A stretch of DNA of 60,595 nucleotides, filler included. It is 3 parts of 3 records of this genome, joined end to end, with 100 filler letters (N's around TTAATTAATTAA, not from the genome) between each part and the next. Parts side by side here need not be neighbours in the genome. Positions count along the whole stretch, not along the records: positions 1 to 12,092 come from SRR2962707_1606; 2 more parts are not named here. One strand, given 5' to 3'. The notes below the pieces were generated by a model, which worked only from the letters and a program-made list of their open reading frames with translations, did no database searches and was not told the DNA's origin. Below, one piece after another: positions 1 to 10,483 of the stretch; the first letter of the stretch is position 1, and each line of letters begins with the position of its first letter. Both the position numbers and the translations under genes were made by a program.

Positions 1-1
1 T

Positions 2-298
2 CATTCGGTCGAGGACCGGATGGTCAAACGTTTCCTGCAGGCGCGTGCCGGGCAGACCGGCAATGCCAACCGCTTTGCCCCAGTTCTGGATACAGAGCCG
101 CCGCAGTTTGACCTGCTGACCCGCAAGGCGGTGGGCCCGGATCCAGAAGAGCTTGATCAAAACCCGCGCGCGCGGTCGGCCAAGATGCGCGTCGCACGGC
201 GAACCGATGCGCCATCGGGCGAGATTGATGCCAAATCCGTTGCTATGCCGACGCTCACATCATCCGGTGGGGCGTCAAAGCCCAAGGGAAATCGCTGA
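2..298 (+). CDS. rsmH: 16S rRNA m4C1402 methyltransferase, 3' part (truncated by window start)
   Basis: [11 protein letters not shown] and [10 protein letters not shown] motifs of the RsmH C-terminus; first gene of the dcw cluster. Confidence 0.95.
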   Translation, partial: HSVEDRMVKRFLQARAGQTGNANRFAPVLDTEPPQFDLLTRKAVGPDPEELDQNPRARSAKMRVARRTDAPSGEIDAKSVAMPTLTSSGGASKPKGNR

Positions 299-645
299 TG
301 CGGTCGCTTTTGTATGTCGCCAGCTTTCTGGGCATGATCGGGCTGGCCTTTTGGGCCTATCACGAGAATTACAAAACCCAGGCGGCGATTGGCGTGGTCG
401 AGCAGTTGCAGCGCGATATTGGTGCTGCGCGCGAACGGCTGTCGGTGCTGCGGGCCGAATGGGCCTATCAGAACCGCCCCGACCGGCTGCGCGATCTGGC
501 AGACATCAACTTTGAACGGTTGGGCCTGTTACCGCTGCGCCCCAGTCATTTCGGCCGCGTTGACGAAGTTGCCTATCCCGCAGTGCCCGAGCTGCCCGAA
601 CTCACCCCAGAAGAAATGCTGAGCGCAGGAGCACAAGAGCCATGA
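298..645 (+). CDS. ftsL: Cell division protein FtsL
   Basis: Short protein with N-terminal TM helix, coiled coil and LRAEWAYQNRPDRL motif; lies between rsmH and ftsI. Confidence 0.9.
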   Translation: MRSLLYVASFLGMIGLAFWAYHENYKTQAAIGVVEQLQRDIGAARERLSVLRAEWAYQNRPDRLRDLADINFERLGLLPLRPSHFGRVDEVAYPAVPELPELTPEEMLSAGAQEP

Positions 646-2447
646 TCCGCACGCCGCTGCGCCCGCTGGCGCGCATTCTGGAGGCCCGTCAGAAGGGTGA
701 AAACCCGGATGCCATCGTCCGCGAGAATCTGCGCATTCGCCATGAACAGATGCGCGACCGTGCCCGTAACCGCGCCGAAGGGCGCCTGTTGGTGCTGGGG
801 GTGATGTTCTTTTGCGCCTTTTCGGTGATCGGTGTGCGCATGGGCGTTCTGGCCAATTCCGAACCATCCGAACCGCGTGCACAGGTGGCGGGCGCATCCA
901 TCATCGCGCAGCGCGCCGATATCGTCGACCGGCGCGGCCGTATCCTGGCCACGAACATGGACACCTACAGCCTTTATGCCCACCCGCAGCAGATGGTGGA
1001 CCGGGAAAAGGCGATCAAGGAACTGGTCCGCATTTTTCCCGAGTTGAAAGAGGACCGCCTGCGCAAGGATTTCAGCGGCCCGCGCAAATTTCTGTGGGTG
1101 CGCAAGAAGCTGTCGCCCGAGCAAAAGCAGGAAGTGCATGACATCGGCGAGCCCGGGCTGCTGTTCGGCCCGCGCGAGATGCGGCTTTATCCCAACGGGC
1201 ACCTTGCCGCGCATGTGTTGGGCGGGTCGGGTTTTGGCCGCGAAGGCGTGCATTCCGCCGAGGTTGTTGGCACTGCAGGGGTCGAGAAATACTTTGACGA
1301 AGAGTTGCGCAATCCCGCGCGCGAAGGCGCGCCGCTGGAGTTGTCCATTGACCTGACCGTTCAGGCCGCGCTTGAGCGGGTGCTGGACGGGGGTATGCGA
1401 CTGATGAACGCCAAGGGTGCGGCGGCCGTGCTGATGGATGTGCACACTGGCGAGTTGATCGCCATTGCCAGTATGCCGGATTTCGATCCCAACGACCGCC
1501 CGGCCAACCCAACCAAAGGCAACGCAAGCGACAGCCCGCTGTTCAACCACGCGGTGCAGGGGGTCTATGAACTCGGTTCGACCTTCAAGATCTTTGCCGC
1601 CGCCCAGGCGATGGAACTGGGGCTGGTGACGTCGCAGACGGTGATCGATACCTCGCCGCCATTCAAGATCGCGGGTTTCAGTATCGGCGAATTTAACGGC
1701 AAGAACTACGGCGATCAGACGGTCGAGGGGATCATCCTGCATTCTTCGAACCGGGGCACGGCCAAGCTCGCCCTGGCCATCGGGGCGCAACGCCAGCAGG
1801 AATTCCTGAAATCCCTGGGATTTTTCACCGCAACAGGACTCGAAATGGTTGAGGCTGCGGGTGGCAAGCCACTGCTGCCACCGAAATGGACGGATCTGAG
1901 CACGGTGACCGTTGGGTATGGCCATGGGATCAGCACATCGCCCCTGCATCTCGCGACTGGATATGCGGCTATCGCCAATGGCGGTCGTGTGGTGCAACCG
2001 ACGCTGCTCAAACAGAGCAAGCCGCGTTTGGGCGAGCGCGTGATGTCCGAAAGCACGGCAGCGGCGGCGCGGATCATGCTGCGCAAGGTCGTGACCGAAG
2101 GCACGGCCAGCTTTGGTGAGGTGCCAGGCTATTCTGTCGGCGGCAAGACCGGCAGCGCGGACAAGCCAAAGGAAAACGGCGGCGGCTATTACAAGGACAA
2201 GCTGATCGCGACATTTGCGTCCATGTTCCCGACGACGGACCCGAAATATGTTCTGATCCTGACGCTGGACGAACCATCCGAAAACAGCGGTGACAAACCG
2301 CGGCGCACGGCGGGGTGGACGGCTGTGCCGGTCGCCGCTGAGGTGATCGCACGGGTTGCGCCGCTTCTGGGCTTGCGTCCCCAGGTCGAACCGGGGCAAC
2401 AAGCGAACGTTGTTCAGGCCTCGGCAGCGGGACCGGAGTCCGATTAA
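642..2447 (+). CDS. ftsI: Penicillin-binding protein 3 (septal transpeptidase)
   Basis: RADIVDR dimerisation motif; GSTFK (SxxK), SSN (SxN) and KTG motifs. Confidence 0.95.
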   Translation: MIRTPLRPLARILEARQKGENPDAIVRENLRIRHEQMRDRARNRAEGRLLVLGVMFFCAFSVIGVRMGVLANSEPSEPRAQVAGASIIAQRADIVDRRGRILATNMDTYSLYAHPQQMVDREKAIKELVRIFPELKEDRLRKDFSGPRKFLWVRKKLSPEQKQEVHDIGEPGLLFGPREMRLYPNGHLAAHVLGGSGFGREGVHSAEVVGTAGVEKYFDEELRNPAREGAPLELSIDLTVQAALERVLDGGMRLMNAKGAAAVLMDVHTGELIAIASMPDFDPNDRPANPTKGNASDSPLFNHAVQGVYELGSTFKIFAAAQAMELGLVTSQTVIDTSPPFKIAGFSIGEFNGKNYGDQTVEGIILHSSNRGTAKLALAIGAQRQQEFLKSLGFFTATGLEMVEAAGGKPLLPPKWTDLSTVTVGYGHGISTSPLHLATGYAAIANGGRVVQPTLLKQSKPRLGERVMSESTAAAARIMLRKVVTEGTASFGEVPGYSVGGKTGSADKPKENGGGYYKDKLIATFASMFPTTDPKYVLILTLDEPSENSGDKPRRTAGWTAVPVAAEVIARVAPLLGLRPQVEPGQQANVVQASAAGPESD

Positions 2448-2469
2448 TCAGCAAAGGCCGGGGGCCGTC

Positions 2470-3954
2470 ATGGGCGAAACCATCAAGACACTTGGCCAAC
2501 TGGGCCTGACGGCCCGGGGCGGACGCGATGCAGAAATCTGCGGGCTGGCCGTGGACAGCCGTGATGTAAAGCCGGGATTTCTGTTTGCCGCACTGCCGGG
2601 CACCCGTATCCACGGCGCGACCTTTATCCATTATGCGCTGAGCCTGGGGGCGGTGGCCATTCTGACGGACCCGACGGGCGCGCGGATTGCCAGTGCGGAG
2701 CTTGCTGCATCCGATGCCGCGCTGATCATCGCCGCCGAGCCGCGCCAGACGCTGGCCTTTACTGCGGCCCTGTGGTTTGGCGCGCAGCCCGAGGTGATGG
2801 TCGCCGTGACCGGCACCAACGGCAAGACGTCTGTTGCGACCTTCGTGCGCAAGATCTGGCAAGAGCTTGAATTCCCGGCCGTCAACGTCGGCACCACGGG
2901 GGTCGAAGGCGACTGGCAGACGCCGCTGCGCCACACCACGCCAGAACCGATCACGCTGCATCGTATTCTGGCGGGGGCCGCAGAGGCGGGTATCGATCAT
3001 GCCGCGATGGAGGCGTCTTCCCATGGCCTGGCGCAGCGCCGTCTGGATGGGGTGCAGCTGCGTGCGGGGGGGTTCACCAATTTCACCCAGGACCATCTGG
3101 ATTACCACACAAGCTTTGAGGATTACTTTGACGCCAAGGCCGGGTTGTTTGCCCGGGTGCTGCCCGAGGATGCCGTGGCCGTCGTCAATATTGACGACGC
3201 ACGGGGCATTGATATGGCCGCGATCGCCCGCGCCCGGGGTCAGCGTCTGATCACGGTCGGCACGCAAGAGGGTGCGCATCTGTGCCTGATGGCGCAGCGG
3301 TATGATTCCACCGGGCAGGATGTGCGTATCCGCTGGGATGGCAAGGTGCGCCAGCTGCGGCTGGACCTGATCGGGGGGTTTCAGGCGGAAAATGTCCTGC
3401 TGGCCGCCGGGCTGGTCATCGCCTGTGGCGCTGATGTGGACCGGGTGTTCGACACGCTGCCCCACCTGAATACGGTGCGGGGGCGGATGCAGCTGGCGGC
3501 GACGCGTGAAAACGGCGCGGCTGTTTTTGTTGATTTCGCCCATACCCCGGATGCTGTGGAAAAGGCGATCCGCGCCCTGCGCCCCCACGTCATGGGCCGT
3601 CTTGTCGCCATCATTGGCGCCGGTGGGGACCGCGATCCGGGCAAGCGCCCGCTGATGGGCAGTGCTGCGCTGGCGGCGGCGGACATGGTGATTGTGACGG
3701 ACGATAATCCGCGATCCGAAGACCCCGCGCTGATCCGCGCCGCCGTGATGGAGGGCGCGCCCGGCGCGCTTGAGGTCGGTGACCGGGCCGAGGCGATCCT
3801 GCGCGGCGTTGATGCGATTGGCCCCGGGGATGCGCTGCTTATTTGCGGTAAGGGGCACGAGACAGGCCAGATCGTGGGGGAAACGGTGTTTCCCTTTGAC
3901 GACGCCGAACAGGCCAGCGTGGCGGTTGCAGCACTTGACGGGAAATTCGCATGA
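2470..3954 (+). CDS. murE: UDP-MurNAc-Ala-Glu:meso-DAP ligase
   Basis: TGTNGKTS, MEASSHG, DHLDYH, DNPR and GKGHE motifs; start placed at ATG 2470. Confidence 0.96.
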   Translation: MGETIKTLGQLGLTARGGRDAEICGLAVDSRDVKPGFLFAALPGTRIHGATFIHYALSLGAVAILTDPTGARIASAELAASDAALIIAAEPRQTLAFTAALWFGAQPEVMVAVTGTNGKTSVATFVRKIWQELEFPAVNVGTTGVEGDWQTPLRHTTPEPITLHRILAGAAEAGIDHAAMEASSHGLAQRRLDGVQLRAGGFTNFTQDHLDYHTSFEDYFDAKAGLFARVLPEDAVAVVNIDDARGIDMAAIARARGQRLITVGTQEGAHLCLMAQRYDSTGQDVRIRWDGKVRQLRLDLIGGFQAENVLLAAGLVIACGADVDRVFDTLPHLNTVRGRMQLAATRENGAAVFVDFAHTPDAVEKAIRALRPHVMGRLVAIIGAGGDRDPGKRPLMGSAALAAADMVIVTDDNPRSEDPALIRAAVMEGAPGALEVGDRAEAILRGVDAIGPGDALLICGKGHETGQIVGETVFPFDDAEQASVAVAALDGKFA

Positions 3955-5387
3955 CGTTGTGGACAGCTGCCGAGGCCGCCACCGCCACAGGAGGGTCGTC
4001 CGCCATCGACTGGCAGGCGTCGGGCGTATCCATCGATACGCGCACCTTGCAGCGTGGCGATCTGTTTGTGGCGCTGACGGCGGCGCGGGACGGGCATGAT
4101 TTTGTCGCACAGGCGCTAGAGGCCGGGGCCGCGGCGGCGCTGGTCGAACGGGTGCCCGAGGGGCTGGGCGCTGATGCGCCGCTGCTGATCGTGGATAATG
4201 TGCAGACGGCGCTCGAGGCGCTGGGGGTTACCGCACGCGCGCGCAGCCGTGCGAAAGTTGTAGCCGTCACCGGATCGGTCGGCAAGACATCGACCAAGGA
4301 AATGCTGCGCAAGGTGTTGGCCGGGCAGGGCAGGACCCATGCGGCAGAAGCGAGCTATAACAACCACTGGGGTGTGCCGCTGACACTTGCGCGGATGCCG
4401 CGGGATGCCGAATTGGCGGTGATCGAAATTGGCATGAACCACCCCGGAGAGATTGCGCCGCTGAGCCGCATGGCGCGCCCGCATGTGGCGGTGGTAACGA
4501 CCGTGGCCCCGGCGCATCTGGCAGCCTTTGACAGTCTTGCTGGGATCGCCCGCGAAAAGGCCGCGATCATGGAGGGGCTGGAACCCGGCGGCGTGGCCAT
4601 CGTCAACGGCGATCTGGATACGTCGGACATTCTGATCGGCGCGGCGCGCGACCGGGGGGCCAAGGTGGTGACCTTTGGCGAAAGTGCGAAATGCCACCAC
4701 CGGGTTGTTGATTTGCGCATCGGAGATCATGTCACCGTCGTGCAGGGACGGGCCTGGCGCACGCCCGTCCTATACAAGGTTTCCGTGCCGGGGCGGCACT
4801 TTGCCGTCAATGCCATGTCGGTCGTTGCGACCGCCTGGGTGCTGGGCCTTGATCGGGCCATGGCGCTGGCGGATCTGGGGCGCTGGACCCCGGGGGCCGG
4901 ACGCGGCATGCGCGAGGTGATCGCCATGGATGCGGTCGACACCCATATGACGTTCGAGTTGATCGACGACGCCTATAACGCCAACCCGGCGTCATTGGCG
5001 GCCGCGCTTGAGGTGCTGGCCCAGGCCGAGGTTCGCCATGACATCGGCCGGGTGAGCCGGGGTCGGCGCATCGCCTATCTGGGCGACATGAAAGAGTTGG
5101 GCGAAGCCGAAGTAGAGCTGCACGCGGACCTGGCCGAGGCAGAAGCGATGAAGCAGATCGACGTGGTTCACTGCGTTGGCCCGCTGATGCGCCACCTATA
5201 CGAGGCGCTGCCCCCTGCAAACCGTGGCCGCTGGACCCGGACAAGCGCCGGAATGGCCGAGGCCGTCCGCCATGATCTGGATGCCGGTGACGTGGTTCTG
5301 GTCAAGGCTAGTCTGAGCATGGGTCTGGGGCGCGTGGTTGACGCTATTCGTAAAATGCGCCAAGGCGCGGGACAGATCGACGCCTAA
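3951..5387 (+). CDS. murF: UDP-MurNAc-tripeptide:D-Ala-D-Ala ligase
   Basis: TGSVGKTSTKE, NNHWGVP, EIGMNHPGEI and DDAYNANP motifs; overlaps murE stop. Confidence 0.96.
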   Translation: MTLWTAAEAATATGGSSAIDWQASGVSIDTRTLQRGDLFVALTAARDGHDFVAQALEAGAAAALVERVPEGLGADAPLLIVDNVQTALEALGVTARARSRAKVVAVTGSVGKTSTKEMLRKVLAGQGRTHAAEASYNNHWGVPLTLARMPRDAELAVIEIGMNHPGEIAPLSRMARPHVAVVTTVAPAHLAAFDSLAGIAREKAAIMEGLEPGGVAIVNGDLDTSDILIGAARDRGAKVVTFGESAKCHHRVVDLRIGDHVTVVQGRAWRTPVLYKVSVPGRHFAVNAMSVVATAWVLGLDRAMALADLGRWTPGAGRGMREVIAMDAVDTHMTFELIDDAYNANPASLAAALEVLAQAEVRHDIGRVSRGRRIAYLGDMKELGEAEVELHADLAEAEAMKQIDVVHCVGPLMRHLYEALPPANRGRWTRTSAGMAEAVRHDLDAGDVVLVKASLSMGLGRVVDAIRKMRQGAGQIDA

Positions 5388-5442
5388 GGGCCAAACAAGT
5401 CCTGCAAGCGATGTGCAAGTGACGTGAAAAGGAAAGAATGAC

Positions 5443-6525
5443 ATGCTGTATTGGCTGACAGGGCTGTCGGATGGCGGTGATTTCTTTAATCTTTTCCGCT
5501 ATATCACCTTTCGCGCCGGGGGCGCATTCATGACTGCATTGGTGTTTGGGTTCCTGTTTGGCCCGCCGCTGATCAACGTGCTGCGCCGCACGCAGGGCAA
5601 GGGTCAGCCGATCCGCAGCGATGGCCCAGAGGGACATTTCATCAAGGCCGGCACACCGACCATGGGCGGTCTGCTGATTGTCGGTGCGCTGCTGACCTCG
5701 ACCCTGCTTTGGGCGCGGCTGGACAACCCATTCGTCTGGATGGTGCTGTTCGTGACCATGTCCTTTGCTGCAATCGGCTTTGCCGACGATTATGCCAAGG
5801 TACGCAAGCAAAGTTCGGCCGGGGTGTCGGGGCGGGTGCGGCTGCTGCTGGGCTTTTTCATCGCCGGGATCGCGGCCTACTGGGCGTCTGCCTATCATCC
5901 GGCGGATCTGACCCACCAGCTTGCCCTGCCGGTGTTCAAGAACACGCTGATCAATTTGGGCTGGTTCTTTATGCCTTTTGCGATGTTTGTCATCGTGGGG
6001 TCGGCCAATGCTGTTAATCTGACGGACGGTCTGGACGGTCTGGCCATCATGCCAGTGATGATCGCGGGCGGCACGCTGGGTGTGATTGCCTATGCGGTGG
6101 GGCGTGTCGATTTCACCGAATATCTGGATGTGCATTACGTGCCGGGAACGGGCGAGATCCTAATTTTTTCCGCTGCGCTTATCGGCGGGGGGCTGGGGTT
6201 CCTGTGGTATAATGCGCCGCCGGCGGCGGTGTTCATGGGCGATACCGGATCGCTGGCACTGGGTGGCGCGCTGGGGGCGATTGCCGTCGCGACCAAACAC
6301 GAGATCGTGCTGGGCATCGTCGGCGGATTGTTCGTGGTCGAGGCTCTGTCGGTGATTATTCAGGTGCTGTATTTCAAACGCACCGGAAAGCGCGTCTTTT
6401 TGATGGCTCCAATCCATCATCACTATGAAAAGAAGGGCTGGGCCGAGCCGACCATCGTGATCCGATTCTGGATCATATCGCTGATCCTGGCCATTATCGG
6501 CCTCGCGACACTAAAGGTTCGCTGA
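5443..6525 (+). CDS. mraY: Phospho-MurNAc-pentapeptide transferase
   Basis: [24 protein letters not shown] and MAPIHHHYE motifs; multi-TM. Confidence 0.97.
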   Translation: MLYWLTGLSDGGDFFNLFRYITFRAGGAFMTALVFGFLFGPPLINVLRRTQGKGQPIRSDGPEGHFIKAGTPTMGGLLIVGALLTSTLLWARLDNPFVWMVLFVTMSFAAIGFADDYAKVRKQSSAGVSGRVRLLLGFFIAGIAAYWASAYHPADLTHQLALPVFKNTLINLGWFFMPFAMFVIVGSANAVNLTDGLDGLAIMPVMIAGGTLGVIAYAVGRVDFTEYLDVHYVPGTGEILIFSAALIGGGLGFLWYNAPPAAVFMGDTGSLALGGALGAIAVATKHEIVLGIVGGLFVVEALSVIIQVLYFKRTGKRVFLMAPIHHHYEKKGWAEPTIVIRFWIISLILAIIGLATLKVR

Positions 6526-6666
6526 TCCGCATCCTGCCTTGATCCAACGGAGCGCGCCTGTGGCGCGCGCCTTTTCCTCTCGGTGTCGTCGTGCCTCCTT
6601 CCACCTTGCTCCTGTGGCCGGTGTGACGCGTTTTAAAGACGTGCTGCCCTGTTGTCCGCGTGGTTT

Positions 6667-6726
6667 TGGGGTGTGGCCCCAGTTGCCTGCGGCGGCTCCC
6701 CCCTGAATATTTATGGACAGGGGAAA
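6667..6726. repeat. REP-like palindromic intergenic element
   Basis: TGGGG-n5-CCCCA hairpin, TGCCTGCGGCGG and CCCCCTGAATATTT...CAGGGGAA; related to the elements at 12193, 14078 and 29221. Confidence 0.55.
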
Positions 6727-6793
6727 TTGGGGTTGCTCTGGCAACGGCGGGTGGGATCGGATAGCGCTTGAGTAACTTTTTCGAGGGGGCGTC

Positions 6794-8200
6794 ATGATAC
6801 CGGTTCAGGGATTTGAAGGACAGAGCGTGGCCGTGCTGGGGCTGGGGCGGTCGGGATTGTCGGCGGCGCGGGCGTTGGTCGCGGGTGGTGCAGTGCCGGT
6901 GTGCTGGGATGACAGTCCAGAGGCGCGCGGGCGTGCCGCAGCCGAGGGGTTCGAGCTGCGTGATCTGACCGCAGCCGGTGCATTTGACGACATTGTTTGC
7001 CTGATTGTGAGCCCGGGCATCCCGCATCTGTACCCCACGCCCAATCCGGCGATCGTTGCCGCATGGGCGGCGGGGGTGCCGGTGGACAATGACATCGGGG
7101 TGTTTTTTCGGTCGCTGGGTTTGTCGGACTGGGATCAGTTGGACGTGACGCCACGGGTCGTGGCCATCACGGGATCGAATGGGAAATCCACCACCTCGGC
7201 GTTGATCCATCATATCCTAAGCGAGGCGGGCCGCGAGAGCCAGCTGGCAGGGAATATCGGGCGCGGGGTGCTAGATATTGCCCCCCCGGGAGAAGGCGGT
7301 GTTATCGTACTGGAGCTTAGTTCCTATCAGACCGACCTTGCCCGATCGTTGACGCCCGATGTGGCGGTGTTCACCAACCTGTCGCCCGATCATCTGGACC
7401 GGCATGCGGGATTGGGTGGATATTTTGCGGCCAAGCGGCGGCTGTTCGCCGAAGGTGGACCGGACCGGGCGGTGATCGGCGTGGACGAACCCGAAGGGCA
7501 ATACCTTGTCAATCAACTGAGCGAGGGGCCGGGCGATGACCGGGTGATCCGGGTATCGTCAGGGCAAAAGCTGGGCGGACCTGGCTGGGATGTCTTTGCG
7601 CGCAAGGGGTTTCTGACCGAATGGCGCAAGGGGCGGCAGATTGCCTCTGTCGATCTGCGTGGCGTCAAGGGGTTGCCGGGCGCGCACAACCATCAGAACG
7701 CCTGTGCGGCCTATGCCGTCTGCCGATCACTTGGCATGGGGCCAAAGCAGATCGAGGCAGCGCTGCACTGTTTTCAGGGCCTGCCGCACCGCAGTCAGAT
7801 CGTAGCCGAGTCTGGCGGTGTGACCTATGTCAACGATTCAAAGGCAACGAATGTCGATTCGGCGGTCAAGGCGCTGCTGGCCTTTGACAATATCCGCTGG
7901 ATCTGTGGCGGGCTGCAAAAGGACGGTGGGCTGGCGGGGCTGGTGCCGGGTCTGGGGAACGTGCGCAAGGCGTATGTCATCGGACGCGAAGCGGCGGGTT
8001 TTGCGCTGTCCCTTGGCCCGACTGCGACCGAGGTCAGTACCACGATGGAGATCGCCGTCAGCCGGGCCATGGCGGATGCCGAAGCGGGCGATGTGGTGCT
8101 GCTGGCTCCAGCCGCAGCAAGTTTCGATCAGTATGACAATTTTGAGCAACGCGGCGATGATTTTACGACGCTGGTGCACGCGGGGCTGGGTATCAACTGA
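6794..8200 (+). CDS. murD: UDP-MurNAc-L-Ala:D-Glu ligase
   Basis: [27 protein letters not shown] and ASFDQY motifs. Confidence 0.97.
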   Translation: MIPVQGFEGQSVAVLGLGRSGLSAARALVAGGAVPVCWDDSPEARGRAAAEGFELRDLTAAGAFDDIVCLIVSPGIPHLYPTPNPAIVAAWAAGVPVDNDIGVFFRSLGLSDWDQLDVTPRVVAITGSNGKSTTSALIHHILSEAGRESQLAGNIGRGVLDIAPPGEGGVIVLELSSYQTDLARSLTPDVAVFTNLSPDHLDRHAGLGGYFAAKRRLFAEGGPDRAVIGVDEPEGQYLVNQLSEGPGDDRVIRVSSGQKLGGPGWDVFARKGFLTEWRKGRQIASVDLRGVKGLPGAHNHQNACAAYAVCRSLGMGPKQIEAALHCFQGLPHRSQIVAESGGVTYVNDSKATNVDSAVKALLAFDNIRWICGGLQKDGGLAGLVPGLGNVRKAYVIGREAAGFALSLGPTATEVSTTMEIAVSRAMADAEAGDVVLLAPAAASFDQYDNFEQRGDDFTTLVHAGLGIN

Positions 8201-8900
8201 CGCCTCGGCCAGGGCGGTCGTGGATCGATTTGCGCAGCGGTGCGAGCAGGTTCATATAAAGCGCCTGTGGATGTACCACGCCCAATTGTGCAGGGATTTC
8301 CGGCAGGTCAAGCACCTTGGCTATCGCAAAGCGATGCATGCCGCCGCTGGCCCGCAGCAAGGTGCCATCGCGCCCCAAATGGAGCAGGATGCCACCATGC
8401 TCGCGGCGGAAATATTCCGGCATTTCCGCCTGGGTCAGCAACCGACCCAGCCGCTGGACGTCATCGAACATCCGGTCCAGTGCGGCGTAGCGCGCCAGAA
8501 TGGCTTCTCGACTGCCACAGCCATCGGGGGCGCGGCCTTGGGAAATGGCCCGCATCACACTTTCATACAGGGGTGTCTGTTCCCAAGGCACCCCATCAAC
8601 AAAGTGCATCCGGGTGCTTTCAATCTTTAGCTGGTTTTCGAGACTATAGCGCTGCAAATCCCAGTCGCCATCCACCACACGCCCACTTTCGTGGCGGCGC
8701 AGGGTGCGTTTACCTGTGTTGCCGTTAAAGCCATAGATCACGTCGCGGGGGCGCACATAGATGCATTCGTCCGACAGCGGCGCGTCGGGACCATATAGGA
8801 CACGGTTCCACCAGTCCCGCAACGCCTTGCGCGGCACATGCGCTTCGATGGTTCGCCCAAGATTCCAAGGGTGCAATGTGGGGTGGTCTGCAAAGGCCAT
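8193..8900 (-). CDS. Hypothetical protein with possible ParB/sulfiredoxin-like C-terminal motif
   Basis: 235-aa [25 protein letters not shown] resembles the ParB/Srx GxHR..A..L...IP motif. Confidence 0.6.
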   Translation of the reverse strand: MAFADHPTLHPWNLGRTIEAHVPRKALRDWWNRVLYGPDAPLSDECIYVRPRDVIYGFNGNTGKRTLRRHESGRVVDGDWDLQRYSLENQLKIESTRMHFVDGVPWEQTPLYESVMRAISQGRAPDGCGSREAILARYAALDRMFDDVQRLGRLLTQAEMPEYFRREHGGILLHLGRDGTLLRASGGMHRFAIAKVLDLPEIPAQLGVVHPQALYMNLLAPLRKSIHDRPGRGVS

Positions 8901-9049
8901 AGAATTGCCATTCGTAAATATAAGATGACAAGTATATGAAGATTTTCTGACATTTCAAGATCTGGAACACCCTACTCACCTTCCCGGCAGAACCATTCGC
9001 CACACCGATATGGGGCTTACAGCGGTACGACCTGGGTTCGTTGGGGGTG

Positions 9050-10234
9050 TCAGTCGGCCGCTGCACGGATGGCAGTGCCCGCCGCAAACCCCGAAGACCA
9101 GGCCCATTGGAAATTGTACCCGCCAAGCCAGCCGGTCACATCCACAGATTCACCTATGAAATAAAGGCCAGGAACGGTTTTTGACATCATAGTGGTGGAT
9201 GAAAGCCCATTCGTGTCGACGCCGCCCAGGGTTACTTCGGCGGTGCGGTATCCTTCAGATCCGCCCGGGCAGAGCACCCAGCGGTTCAGCGAAGAGGCAA
9301 GCGCGTCAATGCGGGCATCGGAAAGATCGCCAAGATTGCCCTTCAAATCCAGCGTCTGACCCAGATAGTTGACCAACCGCCCAGGCAGGTGCCGGGCGAG
9401 TTCGGTGGTCAGGGCGCGCCGCCCTTCGATGGTGCGCTTGTCGCGCAGGATCTGGCCCAGCGGGATCGCGGGTGTCAGATCGATTTCAATGTTTTCGGAT
9501 TCGCGCCAGTAACTAGATATTTGCAGGATCGCGGGGCCGGACAGCCCACGGTGGGTGAACAACATCGCTTCGTCGAAATGAGTGGTGCCGTGGTGTACAC
9601 GGGCAGGCAGGGCGACACCGGCAAGGGGGGTAAACCGGTCTTCGGCAAAGGTGAGCGGGACCAGACCGGGGCGGGTTTCGGTGACGGCCATGTCGAATTG
9701 TCGGGCGACGTCATAGGCAAAACCGGTGGCGCCCATCTTGGGAATCGATTTGCCCCCGGTGGCGACCACAAGGTTGGACGCCGTCACATCGACCGATCTG
9801 CCGTCTTTTTCTATCACGGCGGCAAAGCCGGTTTCGGTCTTGTTTAGCGCCTTCAGGCTGGTCTGCAGCCACAGCTGCGCGCCTGCGGCCTCGGACTCGG
9901 CCAGTAGCATGGCGACGATGTCCTTTGCCGAACGGTCGCAGAACAACTGACCCAGCGTTTTTTCATGCCAGGGGATAGCGTGGCGCTGTACCAGATCCAG
10001 AAAATCCCATTGCGTATAGCGGCTGAGCGCGGATTTGTGGAAATGCTGGTTGGCGCCAAGAAAGTTGGAGAAATCGCAGTGCATGTTGGTGAAATTGCAC
10101 CGGCCCCCGCCGGATATGCGGATCTTTTCGCCCGGTGCGCGGGCGTGATCGATCATCAGCGTGCCAGGCCCGGCATGGGCCGCCGCCATCAGGCCGGCCG
10201 CACCGGCGCCCAGGATCAGGGTTGTCACCTTCAT
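9050..10234 (-). CDS. HI0933/BaiN/YhiN family flavoprotein
   Basis: GAGAAG, KIRISGGGRCNFTN, FTHRGLSGP, AEVTLGGV and GGYNFQWAWSSG motifs. Confidence 0.93.
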   Translation of the reverse strand: MKVTTLILGAGAAGLMAAAHAGPGTLMIDHARAPGEKIRISGGGRCNFTNMHCDFSNFLGANQHFHKSALSRYTQWDFLDLVQRHAIPWHEKTLGQLFCDRSAKDIVAMLLAESEAAGAQLWLQTSLKALNKTETGFAAVIEKDGRSVDVTASNLVVATGGKSIPKMGATGFAYDVARQFDMAVTETRPGLVPLTFAEDRFTPLAGVALPARVHHGTTHFDEAMLFTHRGLSGPAILQISSYWRESENIEIDLTPAIPLGQILRDKRTIEGRRALTTELARHLPGRLVNYLGQTLDLKGNLGDLSDARIDALASSLNRWVLCPGGSEGYRTAEVTLGGVDTNGLSSTTMMSKTVPGLYFIGESVDVTGWLGGYNFQWAWSSGFAAGTAIRAAAD

Positions 10235-10483
10235 GGGGCCGAATAGCCAGTTTGTAGCTGCGCGCGCAAGGGGAAGGCATCAAAGTCACCGCGAAACTGC
10301 CAGCCCGCGCCCGGATTCTTCTATTTTCAAATACGCCCGTCGACGGCGCTGTGCGACGGTGCCGAAAGCCGCGCACGGGCTTTGGGGGCGTGTCTTTCCG
10401 CTGGCCTGAGACTATCGAATTCGCTACACTTGGCCCTAGACCCGGAAAACCGGGCGTGTTGAGGCAGTTTTGGCGGTATTCCC

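Noticed and set aside
573-4110. Long antisense ORFs (573-2402, 2074-4110) and many similar shadows elsewhere
   Set aside because: They lie opposite well-supported genes in GC-rich DNA and show no recognisable motifs.
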